Part shown: piece by piece, positions 30,327 through 39,645 of the stretch | Layout of the letters: every line of letters starts with the position of its first letter | How positions within the stretch are numbered: position 1 is the first letter of the stretch | DNA from: Candidatus Caldarchaeum sp. | GTDB lineage: Archaea; Thermoproteota; Nitrososphaeria_A; Caldarchaeales; Caldarchaeaceae | Direction: 5' to 3' | Length of the DNA: 64,000 bases | Assembly (NCBI GenBank): GCA_038885755.1 | Contig: JAVZZH010000003.1 | Location: 128,432 to 192,431, forward strand | Translations under genes and position numbers: made by a program | The notes under the pieces: model-generated | What the model was told of the DNA's origin: nothing | The model's input: only the letters and a program-made list of their open reading frames with translations | Database searches by the model: none

Positions 30327-31580
30327 ATGAGCAGCGGTAGTCTCTTTCTTAGAAACACGCTAGAATCAGTCCGTCAAGCTGTTGAACATCTAAACATAGA
30401 CCCCGGTATTCAAGAGGTTCTCAGGACTCCAAAAAGAGTCGTGGTGGTGTCGTTGCCTGTGAAGATGGACGACGGCTCTATCAAAGTCTTCACCGGGGTG
30501 CGGGTTCAGCATTCTAACGCTAGAGGTCCTTACAAGGGTGGAGTTAGATACTACCCGACGTTGGATGTCGACGAGGTTACTGCTCTGGCCATGTTGATGA
30601 CTTGGAAATGCGCTGTCGTCGACCTTCCTTACGGCGGTGCCAAGGGAGGTGTTGCATGCGACCCCAAGAACCTCAGCAAGTCAGAGCTTGAACGGATAAC
30701 TCGGCGATACACGGCCATGATTTACGAGGTCATAGGCCCTTACGTCGACATCCCCGGCCCAGACGTCTACACCGATGCTCAAACCATGGCTTGGATGGTT
30801 GACACCTACAGCATGATGCGAGGTGTTTTCACTCCCGAGGTTGCGACCGGCAAGCCCGTAAGCCTTTACGGGAGCTTGGGGAGGTTGGAGGCAACCTCTA
30901 GAGGCTTGACGATCGCGATGAGGGAGCTGGCGAGGACCATGAACAAGCCCCTGAAGGATGCGAGGATAGTCGTCCAAGGGTTTGGAAACGTGGGGTACAA
31001 CGCAGCAAGGATTCTCCACAACGAATACGGGGCCCGGATAATCGCTGTCAGCGACTCGAAAGGCGGCATATTCAGCGAGAGGGGTTTGAACCCTGAGGCT
31101 GTCAGCGAGCATAAGTCTAAGACAGGGTCTGTGGTTGGGTTCAAGGACTCTAAGCCTGTTTCGAACGAAGAGTTGTTGACGATTCCATGCGACTTTCTCA
31201 TCCCGGCTGCCTTGGAGAACGTGATAACCAAGGAGGTGGCTGAGAAGATTGAGGCCCGTGCCGTGGTCGAAGGTGCCAACGGGCCAACCACCTCCGAGGG
31301 AGACAGAGTCTTGAACGAGCGCGGTATTCCCGTGGTTCCCGACATACTGGCGAACGCCGGCGGCGTGGCTGTCAGCTACCTCGAATGGGTTCAGAACCTT
31401 AAAAGGGAGAGCTGGAGCCTCGAGGAAGTCAACTCTAAATTGGAGGCCAAGATAGTCAAGGGCTTCAGAGACACGCTGGAAACGTCGAGGAAACACGGCG
31501 TCTCTATGAGGCTGGGCGCTATGGTCCTCGCGGTGGGGAAGGTCGCGGAAGCCATTAACTACTTGGGGATCTGGCCGTAG
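30327..31580 (+). CDS. gdhA: Glutamate dehydrogenase
   Basis: GPYKGGVRY, GGAKGG, QGFGNVG, EGANGPTT, PDILANAGGV. Confidence 0.98.
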   Translation: MSSGSLFLRNTLESVRQAVEHLNIDPGIQEVLRTPKRVVVVSLPVKMDDGSIKVFTGVRVQHSNARGPYKGGVRYYPTLDVDEVTALAMLMTWKCAVVDLPYGGAKGGVACDPKNLSKSELERITRRYTAMIYEVIGPYVDIPGPDVYTDAQTMAWMVDTYSMMRGVFTPEVATGKPVSLYGSLGRLEATSRGLTIAMRELARTMNKPLKDARIVVQGFGNVGYNAARILHNEYGARIIAVSDSKGGIFSERGLNPEAVSEHKSKTGSVVGFKDSKPVSNEELLTIPCDFLIPAALENVITKEVAEKIEARAVVEGANGPTTSEGDRVLNERGIPVVPDILANAGGVAVSYLEWVQNLKRESWSLEEVNSKLEAKIVKGFRDTLETSRKHGVSMRLGAMVLAVGKVAEAINYLGIWP

Positions 31581-31586
31581 GCTGAG

Positions 31587-32291
31587 ATGGAGCCGTGGAG
31601 CACGTTTATAACCGCATCAACACTTCTGTACGCCTCATACCTAGATGTCAGGAAGCGTGAAGTCGACGACTACGTGTGGGTAGTTCCGGCTATCCTAGGC
31701 TTGCTGCTGAACTCGCTAAACATCTACAACTCTGGTTTCGAAGAGCTTCTCCGCTACGTCGTCGCAGTCGTGGCCTCGGGTGCTGTAGGCTACGGTCTCT
31801 ACTATGCAGGGCTGTACGGAGGCGCTGACGGGAAAGCTCTCCTAACGATCTCCCTAGTCCAGCCATACGTCTATGTATGGCCATACCTCCACGGCATCAA
31901 CGCCCTAACTGTGTTGACCAACGGAATGCTCCTCTCCGCGTCGCTCCCATTATCCTTCGCAGTCTACAATCTATACATGCTGTTGAGAGGCAGAAAAATC
32001 TTTGAAGGGTTTGAGGCTGAGAGCAGCCTCCGGAAGATGGCAGCCTGCTTCATAGGGGTTCGTCTTTCTAAATCTGCGGGCAAGGTCTTCTGGAGCCCGG
32101 TGGAGAAGACTGTAAACGGGGTTAGACGGTTTGATTTTAAGCTGGCTATCGACGAGATCGACAGGGTTGAGGCGGATGACTTGTGGATCACTCCGGGCAT
32201 CCCGTTGCTGGTTTTCTTCACCGCCGGATACTTCGTCAACCTTGTGTTGGGAGACTTGATGGGCTGGGTTCTGTACTCGCTAGCTAGGTAG
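31587..32291 (+). CDS. Prepilin/prearchaellin peptidase (A24, FlaK/PibD-like)
   Basis: SYLDVRKREVDD, GGADGKAL, WITPGIPLL. Confidence 0.9.
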   Translation: MEPWSTFITASTLLYASYLDVRKREVDDYVWVVPAILGLLLNSLNIYNSGFEELLRYVVAVVASGAVGYGLYYAGLYGGADGKALLTISLVQPYVYVWPYLHGINALTVLTNGMLLSASLPLSFAVYNLYMLLRGRKIFEGFEAESSLRKMAACFIGVRLSKSAGKVFWSPVEKTVNGVRRFDFKLAIDEIDRVEADDLWITPGIPLLVFFTAGYFVNLVLGDLMGWVLYSLAR

Positions 32292-32822
32292 GAATGTCTG
32301 GAAGAACTCGATGAGCAGCCACTCGATAACAGCGGCAACACCCAGCAAGACCACGACAACAACCAATACGTAGGGAACGACTCTCACCTCACTCCTGAAC
32401 CTCCTCCTGACAACCGCGGAGGTAAGGAAGAAGCTTTCGGAAACAGCGAAGCCGTAGGCGAGCATTTCGACGAAGCCGTATAAAGTCAGGAACGGGATTA
32501 GCAGCGACAGCCCAACCGGTATGTTTGAAGTGATTGAGACAGCTCCGATGACGAGGCCTGTGTTGTAAACTATGAAGGCCGCCAGAGCCATGCCCAAAGC
32601 CGGTATAATCATCAACAGCGATGCGACAAGGTTGTTGAAGAATATGCCTGCAGGGCTGGCTGTTAGGCTTGCCACCAGTTCCTCGAAACCTTCAACCATG
32701 CTTTGGGCGTCTGGGACCGGGATGGGGGTTAAGGCTCCTGCGGCTAGCAGGATTATTAACACCGCCGTGGCTGCTAGAGCTGAAAGAAATCGTGAGACTG
32801 CGAACGGAGATAGCTCGGGCAT
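32280..32822 (-). CDS. SpoIIM-like membrane protein
   Basis: IFFNN, YGFVEM, AAVIE. Confidence 0.8.
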   Translation of the reverse strand: MPELSPFAVSRFLSALAATAVLIILLAAGALTPIPVPDAQSMVEGFEELVASLTASPAGIFFNNLVASLLMIIPALGMALAAFIVYNTGLVIGAVSITSNIPVGLSLLIPFLTLYGFVEMLAYGFAVSESFFLTSAVVRRRFRSEVRVVPYVLVVVVVLLGVAAVIEWLLIEFFQTFLPS

Positions 32823-32867
32823 GGGGCGTGACCTGTCGTACCGGGCTATTTGAGTTTGTCTAGGAAC

Positions 32868-33196
32868 GGTGGCGGCGGCTCCCGGAGGTGGCTAGGACCC
32901 GACACCAGCCCCACGTGCTGCATGAGCTCTCGAACACGCTTCTGGATAGGCTGCGTCGCTGCATCTTAGTGCTGCTCCCTCCCGGGCCTGACACGGTTCG
33001 ACGCATGAGGAGGTTTGGAGCCCCCCTACAGGGGCCTTGACCTCCTACGACGCCCCTACCCGGCGTGTTCTCATCGCCTCTGTGCAGCACGGCAGGCAGG
33101 CCGGCCGCAAGCGCCCCCACAGGTTGTCCGGCCCCCGCATGTAGCCCGTCTCGGGTGCAGGGAAGGGCTAGCTCCCCGGCCTTTCCCGCCGCCACC
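32868..33196 (-). ncRNA. ffs: Archaeal SRP (7S) RNA
   Basis: Terminal stem GGTGGCGGCGG/CCGCCGCCACC; Alu-like 5' AGGCCGGGG...ATGCGGGGGCCG; helix 8 TCAGGCCCGGGAGGGAGCAGCA. Confidence 0.95.
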
Positions 33197-33248
33197 AACC
33201 CTACCTTCAGCATGAGTGTTTTTAAGGTTTCAACCCGTTGTTCCACTC

Positions 33249-34010
33249 GTGGGAAGGGTTCTGGTCGGGTGTTGCGGCTGGGCTGTCAAAGGAGGTAGGA
33301 GCGCTTATTTCAGCAGGTTTCCCATCATCGAGGTTCAGGAGACTTTCTACAGGCTTCCGAGATTAGAGACAGCGCGGCGTTGGAGGCAGGAGGCGCCGGA
33401 AGGCTTTGTGTTCTGCATGAAGGCTTGGCAGGCGGTCTCCCATCCCGTCTCAAGCCCTACTTGGCGTAGGGCTGGGCTGAAGCTCGTCAAGGAGAAGCAA
33501 CACAGATACGGGTTTCTGAGACCTGTGAAAGAGAACTTTGAGGCCTGGGACATGTCGACCGACGTGGCCAAGGCTCTCGGAGCTAGGGTTGTCGTTGTCC
33601 AGACCCCGCCCACCATGCCCGCTGACGACCAGTCGGTTAGGAACGCCGTCGAGTTCTTCAGGTATGCTTCGTCTTCCGGGCTGGTCGTGGGCTGGGAGCC
33701 TAGGGGTAAGATCGCGGAGCTAAAGCACGTAGTCTCGGACGTATGCAGCAAAACAAACATCATACACATCACGGACCTGCTTCGGGCAAACCCTGCGGTG
33801 GAGTCGCCGATTCTCTACACAAGGCTCCATGGACTCGGGAGAAAAGAAGTCAACTACTCATACAAATACACCGACGAAGACCTGAGAAGGCTCGCCGAGA
33901 AGGTCAGCGAATCCGTCGTCGAGGATGCGTTCGTTCTTTTCAACAACGTTTCGATGGCTGATGATGCGGAGCGGTTCACCAAACTTCTGCAGCTAGAGTG
34001 GAAGTGTTAG
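33249..34010 (+). CDS. DUF72 domain protein
   Basis: VGCCGW, EVQETFY, KAWQ, QTPP, WEPRG, RLHG, FNN. Confidence 0.93.
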   Translation: MGRVLVGCCGWAVKGGRSAYFSRFPIIEVQETFYRLPRLETARRWRQEAPEGFVFCMKAWQAVSHPVSSPTWRRAGLKLVKEKQHRYGFLRPVKENFEAWDMSTDVAKALGARVVVVQTPPTMPADDQSVRNAVEFFRYASSSGLVVGWEPRGKIAELKHVVSDVCSKTNIIHITDLLRANPAVESPILYTRLHGLGRKEVNYSYKYTDEDLRRLAEKVSESVVEDAFVLFNNVSMADDAERFTKLLQLEWKC

Positions 34011-34313
34011 ACGGCCGAGGAACCTGCGTATGCCGTCGCTCTCCATCTTGGCGGCAAGGCTTTCCGCAAGCCTGCAAGGGATGGTGTTGGACATGGCTTT
34101 CACGTATCCGTCGCCGTCGCACAAAACCAGCAGACATAGGTTCTCATCCTTGTTGACCACCGCGTAATAGTTTTCACCGCCCACCGGAGCCCAGCCGCCG
34201 GGGGTTTCTTTCACAACCATCGCCGCCATAGCCATTCCGGTGTACTTCGCCAGAAGGCTCTGCGACCTTAAAGCCTCCGCCTCACCGAGCCTAACCGCTT
34301 GATAATACTGCAT
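33993..34313 (-). CDS. Hypothetical protein
   Basis: ATG-started ORF filling the space between neighbours. Confidence 0.6.
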   Translation of the reverse strand: MQYYQAVRLGEAEALRSQSLLAKYTGMAMAAMVVKETPGGWAPVGGENYYAVVNKDENLCLLVLCDGDGYVKAMSNTIPCRLAESLAAKMESDGIRRFLGRLTLPL

Positions 34314-34386
34314 GAAGGCAGACCTTCACGGCTGAATTAAACTTCTGCGGCTAAAGCTTATCAACAGTCCTCAAGCTGTCTCAGTC

Positions 34387-34662
34387 ATGATCATTCGTGT
34401 ATGGACGTGTCGCTTGAAGACCGGGGCCGAGAAAGCTTTTCAAAAGTTCGCTCTGGAGGATGCGTTGCCGCTGTTGAGGAGGCAGGACGGCTGTTTGAAC
34501 GGGTTTTTCGGCTTGGACGATTCTCAGCCAGCGAAGGCCGTGGTGGTCACGGTTTGGCGGGACCTCGAGGCCCTGAAGGGTTTCACGGGCGAGGACTGGA
34601 GGGAGCCCTTCATCCACCCCAACGAAGCAGGGCTTCTGGCTGAGAAGCCTACAGTCTCCTAG
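34387..34662 (+). CDS. Antibiotic-biosynthesis monooxygenase (ABM)-like protein, possibly truncated by an amber codon
   Basis: MIIRVW...VTVWRDLEALKGFTGEDW; frame continues ALYDFVY... to 34707 after the TAG. Confidence 0.75.
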   Translation: MIIRVWTCRLKTGAEKAFQKFALEDALPLLRRQDGCLNGFFGLDDSQPAKAVVVTVWRDLEALKGFTGEDWREPFIHPNEAGLLAEKPTVS

Positions 34663-34763
34663 GCACTCTATGACTTCGTTTACACGGAGCGCCCTCCCGG
34701 AGAATAATAGTGCCCGGCGTATTAACCGGGCAATACCTTGATAATGCCAGCCTGCAGCGGAGA

Positions 34764-34785
34764 GAAAAGCCTTTAAAGCCTTTTC
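34764..34785 (+). promoter_or_regulatory. BRE/TATA promoter of the histone gene within a near-perfect palindrome
   Basis: GAAAAGCCTTTAAAGCCTTTTC (one mismatched pair), TTTAAA about 30 nt upstream of ATG 34808. Confidence 0.55.
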
Positions 34786-34807
34786 AAGCCCTTAACCACG
34801 ACCGGAA

Positions 34808-34984
34808 ATGGGTAAAGAACTGCTGGTTGTGGAGTCTAGAGTGAGAGAAGCCCTACCTGAGGGGATAAGGCTCAGCGCTGACGCGTTGGAGGGCCTCGAC
34901 GCCGTTGTCAGGGAGCTGATTGCGAAAGCCGTCAAGAGATGTCAGGCTAACGGCAGGAAGACGCTTGTCAAGGAAGACTTTTGA
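34808..34984 (+). CDS. Short histone-fold protein (58 aa, face-to-face/HTkC-like), absent from the ORF track
   Basis: MGKELLVVESRVREALPEGIRLSADALEGLDAVVRELIAKAVKRCQANGRKTLVKEDF; RKTxxxxD at the C-terminus, no alpha3 helix. Confidence 0.9.
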   Translation: MGKELLVVESRVREALPEGIRLSADALEGLDAVVRELIAKAVKRCQANGRKTLVKEDF

Positions 34985-34993
34985 ACGCTGTCC

Positions 34994-35014
34994 CCCTGCG
35001 GTTTCGACGTAGGG
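34994..35014. terminator. Hairpin between the convergent histone and fbp genes
   Basis: CCCTGCG-gtttcga-CGTAGGG stem-loop. Confidence 0.3.
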
Positions 35015-35020
35015 CTCAGG

Positions 35021-36160
35021 CTATTTTTTAGAAGTTTTGACCTCCAGCGGCTTGAACCTAGGCTTCAGTTTCTCGATTATCTGAGGAAGCGTCGTGTACT
35101 CCATCTCCTCATGACCAAGCCTTGCCGGCTCGAACTCGCCCATGCTCCGCAGCATGATGGCTGTCTCAGCTGCCTTCGCTCTGACAAAATCCCAGAACGA
35201 GTCTTCAAACAGGTCGGAGGGCTCCAGCCCGTCAACACCCACCAGCCTTCCGTGAGAGACCTGCCAGCCCATCGCGATAACCCGGGGAGGCCCGTCGAAG
35301 TAGGAGACGACGTTCTGACCCCTGCGGAAGGACACGGGCGTGAGCGGCCCTCTGTGAGAGCCTCTCATCCAGCCTGAAACAATCGGAGGCTGTGCGAAAG
35401 CGCTCAGGATCTCGCCGACAGCCGGAAACCCTGCCTGAGCCCTGACAACCATCACAGGGTCGTCCTTGCCGACATACCTTCCAGCGATCAGGCTTAAACG
35501 GGTCGTGCTCGCAGCGGCTGCAGGCTCGTCGTCGGATGCTCTGTAAATCTTCGAAACAGCATACCTGCCGACAGTGCCTATCAAAGCAATCAAGTCGTAA
35601 ACCTCCTCGGGTGTTTTGAGAAGCACGGACCATGATTCGATGAGGTCGAGGACTTCGAACTTGAACCCGTCGTGAAGCGTTGGGTCGATGACCAAGCCGG
35701 CAGTGTTGTCCGGCGATGCGAAAATCCTGTACAGGGGTAGGTTCCACGCTCCGGGCTCTGTCTTGTCCGCGGCGAAGACTATTACCGGGTCTGACCTCCG
35801 TTCATGGAACTCCAATTCAGCAACCCCCGGCCCCAGACCCTTGACGTTGCCGCTGAACGCGTCGGATAGCAGGTCCTGGCCTGCGCCGTAAAGCTTGAAC
35901 GGCTTAGCCACCTTGTCCGCGACCTCTTTGAAAATGTTCCATGCAAGACCATGCACTTCAGGATTGTCCTCCCCCCGGAAGTGGGTCATGACGAGCACGA
36001 TATCGTCTCCGCAGTGGGTGGCGTACCCGCTGTTGATTACCCCCGTCTCCTCAGCCTCCCTTAACTTGTAAGCAGCCATCTCTAGCATTTTTGAATGGGG
36101 TTTATGATGTCCAGCAACGCTTCCCACGTCAGCTTTTATGACAGATATAGTCGTCCTCAT
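35021..36160 (-). CDS. fbp: Fructose-1,6-bisphosphate aldolase/phosphatase
   Basis: SVIKADVGS, GDD, YGAGQDLL, DKTEPG, YVGKDDP, GWMRGSH, FDGPP. Confidence 0.98.
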   Translation of the reverse strand: MRTTISVIKADVGSVAGHHKPHSKMLEMAAYKLREAEETGVINSGYATHCGDDIVLVMTHFRGEDNPEVHGLAWNIFKEVADKVAKPFKLYGAGQDLLSDAFSGNVKGLGPGVAELEFHERRSDPVIVFAADKTEPGAWNLPLYRIFASPDNTAGLVIDPTLHDGFKFEVLDLIESWSVLLKTPEEVYDLIALIGTVGRYAVSKIYRASDDEPAAAASTTRLSLIAGRYVGKDDPVMVVRAQAGFPAVGEILSAFAQPPIVSGWMRGSHRGPLTPVSFRRGQNVVSYFDGPPRVIAMGWQVSHGRLVGVDGLEPSDLFEDSFWDFVRAKAAETAIMLRSMGEFEPARLGHEEMEYTTLPQIIEKLKPRFKPLEVKTSKK

Positions 36161-36171
36161 AAGCCATCACA

Positions 36172-37689
36172 CTACCCGCTACGAGCTCGGTAAAAGGTCT
36201 TACGTATCCTAAACAGCCTGAAGGAAGCGTATCCAGCAAGCAGGGCCATGAACAGGGCCGAAACCCTCAGAGAAGCCAGGGCTTCAGCGTTCTCCAGAAC
36301 CATGATGGTCAAAACTGTGTCCGAAGTAAGCGTGTAAGTGGCTGGGGCGAAGCTTTTAGGATCCAGAGCCCTGATGACGTAGTTCTCCGGCGGCAGCAGG
36401 TAGGGCCTTTCGCCCAAGTCTCTAAACGTCATGCCGTTGACCTCCACGACCCGTGTCCCGGGGTGGACAGAGCCGTTGGGGTAGACGAGCCGCAGAACGA
36501 GGCTATACAGCTTGAGGTCTATGGTCGTGGGCACGCCCGGGGTGAACTCGAAGTTGTTATACTCCACGGCACGGCCGTCGAACGCCAGAGTAAAGCTTGC
36601 GACTCTGGAGGGTTCTAGGTAAGTGTTGTTGTCGTAATCCTGTATGCTGAGAGAGTTGTAGAAGGCCAGCAGCGTTGTGTCCCCTGTTTTCAGGCTGCTG
36701 GAGTTTTCGAGGAAGAGCTGGTACCTGTCTATCCGCCGGCTGTGCGTCCTGTCGTAGACGTTGAAGACCGTGACAGGCAGCCTTAAATGCAGAACCCAGA
36801 CATCACCCAGCTCGTTCCCGACTAAGAGTGTGAAATTCCTCGACATGGCTTGGTGAATGTCTACCCGGACGCTTCTCGACAGGCCGCCGAAGCCCCGGAA
36901 ACGCTCCGGCACAACAGTAATCTCCCTCTCGGCAACAAGCCTGCTTTCCCCCGTGGCCACAAGCCTCGCCACGTACTGTCCATACCCCAACACCCTCAGC
37001 CCCTGCGGCCCTGAAGAATCCTTCGCAGGCATTTGGAGGGACACTGACCCTCCTCTAACTTGAACAAACTGAGACGCCACAACTTGGTCGAGCTCAACCG
37101 TGAACTGGATTTGATTGAGTTTTCCAGCATACCTGATGCGGTCGGCTTTCTTCAGCAAGTCAAACCTAACAACCTGCAGGTTCAACCCTCGAATCTCCAT
37201 ACTTACAGTAGACCTTGGAGTGTAGACGTCTTCGCCTCCACCATCCATGAACACTGCGAAGGCGTGCGGGCTTGTTGCGACCGTGGCGACGACCGTTGTG
37301 TTCTCTATCCAGACGTTTAGAAAGACTGGTGGCTTTAGTTCAGGCGCCTCGACCACGATCGTAAGTCTCGCTCCCTCGTCCGTCTCAACAACCCATTCTC
37401 CAACGTCGTCGACTGTAAACTTCTTCAAAACCGTAAGCAAGCCGTCCCGGATCAACTCCCTCCTAACCTCCCCCTGCGGTGAGATGACGCTCAACAAACC
37501 GTCCCTGCCCATCAACCGGACTGCAAGGCTCTCGCCGACTCTTGCCGTGAGCACCCCCCCATCCAGAAGCGGAAGCATCTCCTCTCCTCCCAAGCCGACG
37601 AGCCAAAAATGAGGAAGTGCTTGGTTTACGTAGAAGAGGCTGGTAAGAAGCATCGAGAGGACGAGCAGCACGCTAACCATGGGTGCCAC
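36172..37689 (-). CDS. Secreted, C-terminally anchored surface protein (MoxR operon)
   Basis: Signal peptide, beta-rich body, C-terminal TM helix and basic tail. Confidence 0.7.
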   Translation of the reverse strand: MAPMVSVLLVLSMLLTSLFYVNQALPHFWLVGLGGEEMLPLLDGGVLTARVGESLAVRLMGRDGLLSVISPQGEVRRELIRDGLLTVLKKFTVDDVGEWVVETDEGARLTIVVEAPELKPPVFLNVWIENTTVVATVATSPHAFAVFMDGGGEDVYTPRSTVSMEIRGLNLQVVRFDLLKKADRIRYAGKLNQIQFTVELDQVVASQFVQVRGGSVSLQMPAKDSSGPQGLRVLGYGQYVARLVATGESRLVAEREITVVPERFRGFGGLSRSVRVDIHQAMSRNFTLLVGNELGDVWVLHLRLPVTVFNVYDRTHSRRIDRYQLFLENSSSLKTGDTTLLAFYNSLSIQDYDNNTYLEPSRVASFTLAFDGRAVEYNNFEFTPGVPTTIDLKLYSLVLRLVYPNGSVHPGTRVVEVNGMTFRDLGERPYLLPPENYVIRALDPKSFAPATYTLTSDTVLTIMVLENAEALASLRVSALFMALLAGYASFRLFRIRKTFYRARSG

Positions 37690-38392
37690 GCATCGTCAAA
37701 GCCATCATCACAGCCAAGGAGGCGACGGTTGTCAACAGGATGATAGACGCGAGCGTTGGGAGGGAAGAGGAGGCTGCGGTGATTACAACCATTATGGCGA
37801 TAGTTATGACGAGAGGCTTGAGAAAAACCGGCTTCAAACTCAGCTTGTCGGAAGCCCTTCTGAAGACTATCATGAGCATGAGGGCGAGAGTTGCCACGGA
37901 CGTTGCTGAGGCCAGCAGGAACGAGGGCGGTGTCTCGGGCGGGATTACGTTCACATTTTCTTGGTTGATAAAGCCTGCGATGTTTCTAACAAGGTGTATG
38001 AAAAGGTATTCAGGCCTCGCGGGGCTGCCTTCGACACCGTAGATGAGCAGGGCTATGATGTATGCTGAGAAGTAGCCTGAAAGAATGCCGGAAGGGCTTC
38101 GGCTCGAGTAGGTGGATATCGATACCACCAGCGGCGACGCTAGTATGTAGCCGGCTGCAAGGCCTAGGAAGGGTGCTGCGCTGCCTGTGAGCAGCAGGCC
38201 CACTGTGTATATAGCTGGGATGTAGACGAGGCTTACAGCCATCCACTTGACTCTCTCGGTCATGGATATTAGGAGAAGCGAGACTATTCCCACGGCCACG
38301 TAGTAGTTGCTGAAGTCGAACTTAGCGAACGACATCACGGAGATTAACACAGGAGGAGCCAGCGCAGCCATCCTGACGAGCTTCAGCATCAA
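37673..38392 (-). CDS. Multi-pass membrane protein (MoxR operon)
   Basis: Hydrophobic helices; overlaps both neighbours. Confidence 0.7.
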   Translation of the reverse strand: MMLKLVRMAALAPPVLISVMSFAKFDFSNYYVAVGIVSLLLISMTERVKWMAVSLVYIPAIYTVGLLLTGSAAPFLGLAAGYILASPLVVSISTYSSRSPSGILSGYFSAYIIALLIYGVEGSPARPEYLFIHLVRNIAGFINQENVNVIPPETPPSFLLASATSVATLALMLMIVFRRASDKLSLKPVFLKPLVITIAIMVVITAASSSLPTLASIILLTTVASLAVMMALTMRGTHG

Positions 38393-39645
38393 GCCACAGC
38401 CCTCAGCATTCTGTGGAGATGAGCTATGTACTGTGGTAGGTCGGCTGCATCTACCATTGAGACGGACACTGCGTGTGTTTTGAGGTTTTCGACTCTAAGC
38501 ATCTCCAGCTGGTTGAGCGTCCGCATAAAGTCCCCCACATCCTCCAGCACCGGGATTATCGTGAAGAGCACCCCCTTCCTTCTTCTAACCTCGTCCTCAA
38601 CCAGCTTGACCCCGTTTGCGTCGACCGAAGCCAATCGCCCTAACAGGAAAACAACGTCGAACTTGTCCAACCTCTTTACCTCCTCCAGCAAGTCAAACCC
38701 CAGCCCTGGCTTCAGCCTCGTCAGGAAAACAATCAGTCTCTCGAAATCCGCTGTGCTTGAGGCGTTGAACACGCCCGGCTCGGCCGCCCCTAGTGGTTTG
38801 ACGACCACGGCGTCGCCTTTTTCAAGCATGGAGAAGGCGGTGGAGGCGACAGACGCCAAACAAGAGTCCATCAAGCTGGGCTTTCCGACGGCGTTGGAGA
38901 CCGTGCAGTCGATCAGGAAAGCTATTCGCAGCCTGTTGAGCTTGTCGTACTTCCGCACGTAGATTTCCCCGTCCTCTCTAGCGGTCCTCCTCCAGTCTAT
39001 GCTTTTCAAATTCTGCCCCTCCTCAGCCTTGCTTATCTCACGGAAGAGGTCGTCAGCCCCGAACCTCGTGGAAAAACCTGAACCCGTGATAAAGAGCGTC
39101 TGAGCCCTCCTCACGCTGTCTAGCAGCTTAGTTCTCTCCACCATCCTCGGCCTGACAAAAACCTTGGCCTCACGCTCCAGCGTGATATATCTGCAGCACA
39201 GCCCGTAATCATCGGCCACCCTGACGGTCAAAGGCCCCAGCGAGTAGACTCCCCGCCTCTCCGCCGCCACGGTGTACTGGACCTCTACTCCTTCACCATG
39301 CTTAACCTGTTTCTCAGCCACCATGCTTCCCCTCACTAGATTCAACCCCTCGAGGCCGTCGATAACCGTCAGGACAAGCTCTCGCCCCGATTTGTTGACC
39401 ACCGAGACTTTCACCTCGATGAGTTCACCCGGCTTAGGGTCTTGGTTGTTTATCGTGCGGACGAACGTGAAGTCTGTGGGTTTTAACGATTTAAGGCTTC
39501 TAGTAGTCAACAGCATGTACACTATGCTGAAGATTGCTGCTGCGAATAGGGACAGCGTCAGTGGAGGATAAACGATGGCCGTCGAGGTTAGAGCCGTTAG
39601 AATGAAGGCTGTGAGGGCCAGTCCATAACCCTCACGTGTAAGCAT
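38389..39645 (-). CDS. DUF58 (vWA-like) protein
   Basis: RRGVY.LGP, FREI, IDWRRTAR, LIDCTVS; follows MoxR. Confidence 0.9.
   Translation of the reverse strand: MLTREGYGLALTAFILTALTSTAIVYPPLTLSLFAAAIFSIVYMLLTTRSLKSLKPTDFTFVRTINNQDPKPGELIEVKVSVVNKSGRELVLTVIDGLEGLNLVRGSMVAEKQVKHGEGVEVQYTVAAERRGVYSLGPLTVRVADDYGLCCRYITLEREAKVFVRPRMVERTKLLDSVRRAQTLFITGSGFSTRFGADDLFREISKAEEGQNLKSIDWRRTAREDGEIYVRKYDKLNRLRIAFLIDCTVSNAVGKPSLMDSCLASVASTAFSMLEKGDAVVVKPLGAAEPGVFNASSTADFERLIVFLTRLKPGLGFDLLEEVKRLDKFDVVFLLGRLASVDANGVKLVEDEVRRRKGVLFTIIPVLEDVGDFMRTLNQLEMLRVENLKTHAVSVSMVDAADLPQYIAHLHRMLRAVA

Noticed and set aside
32868-33196. Permuted or circular SRP RNA
   Set aside because: The domain order is canonical and no clear bulge-helix-bulge motif is visible at the ends.
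32860-33298. Short ORFs on both strands
   Set aside because: They overlap the SRP RNA and are GC-rich shadow ORFs.
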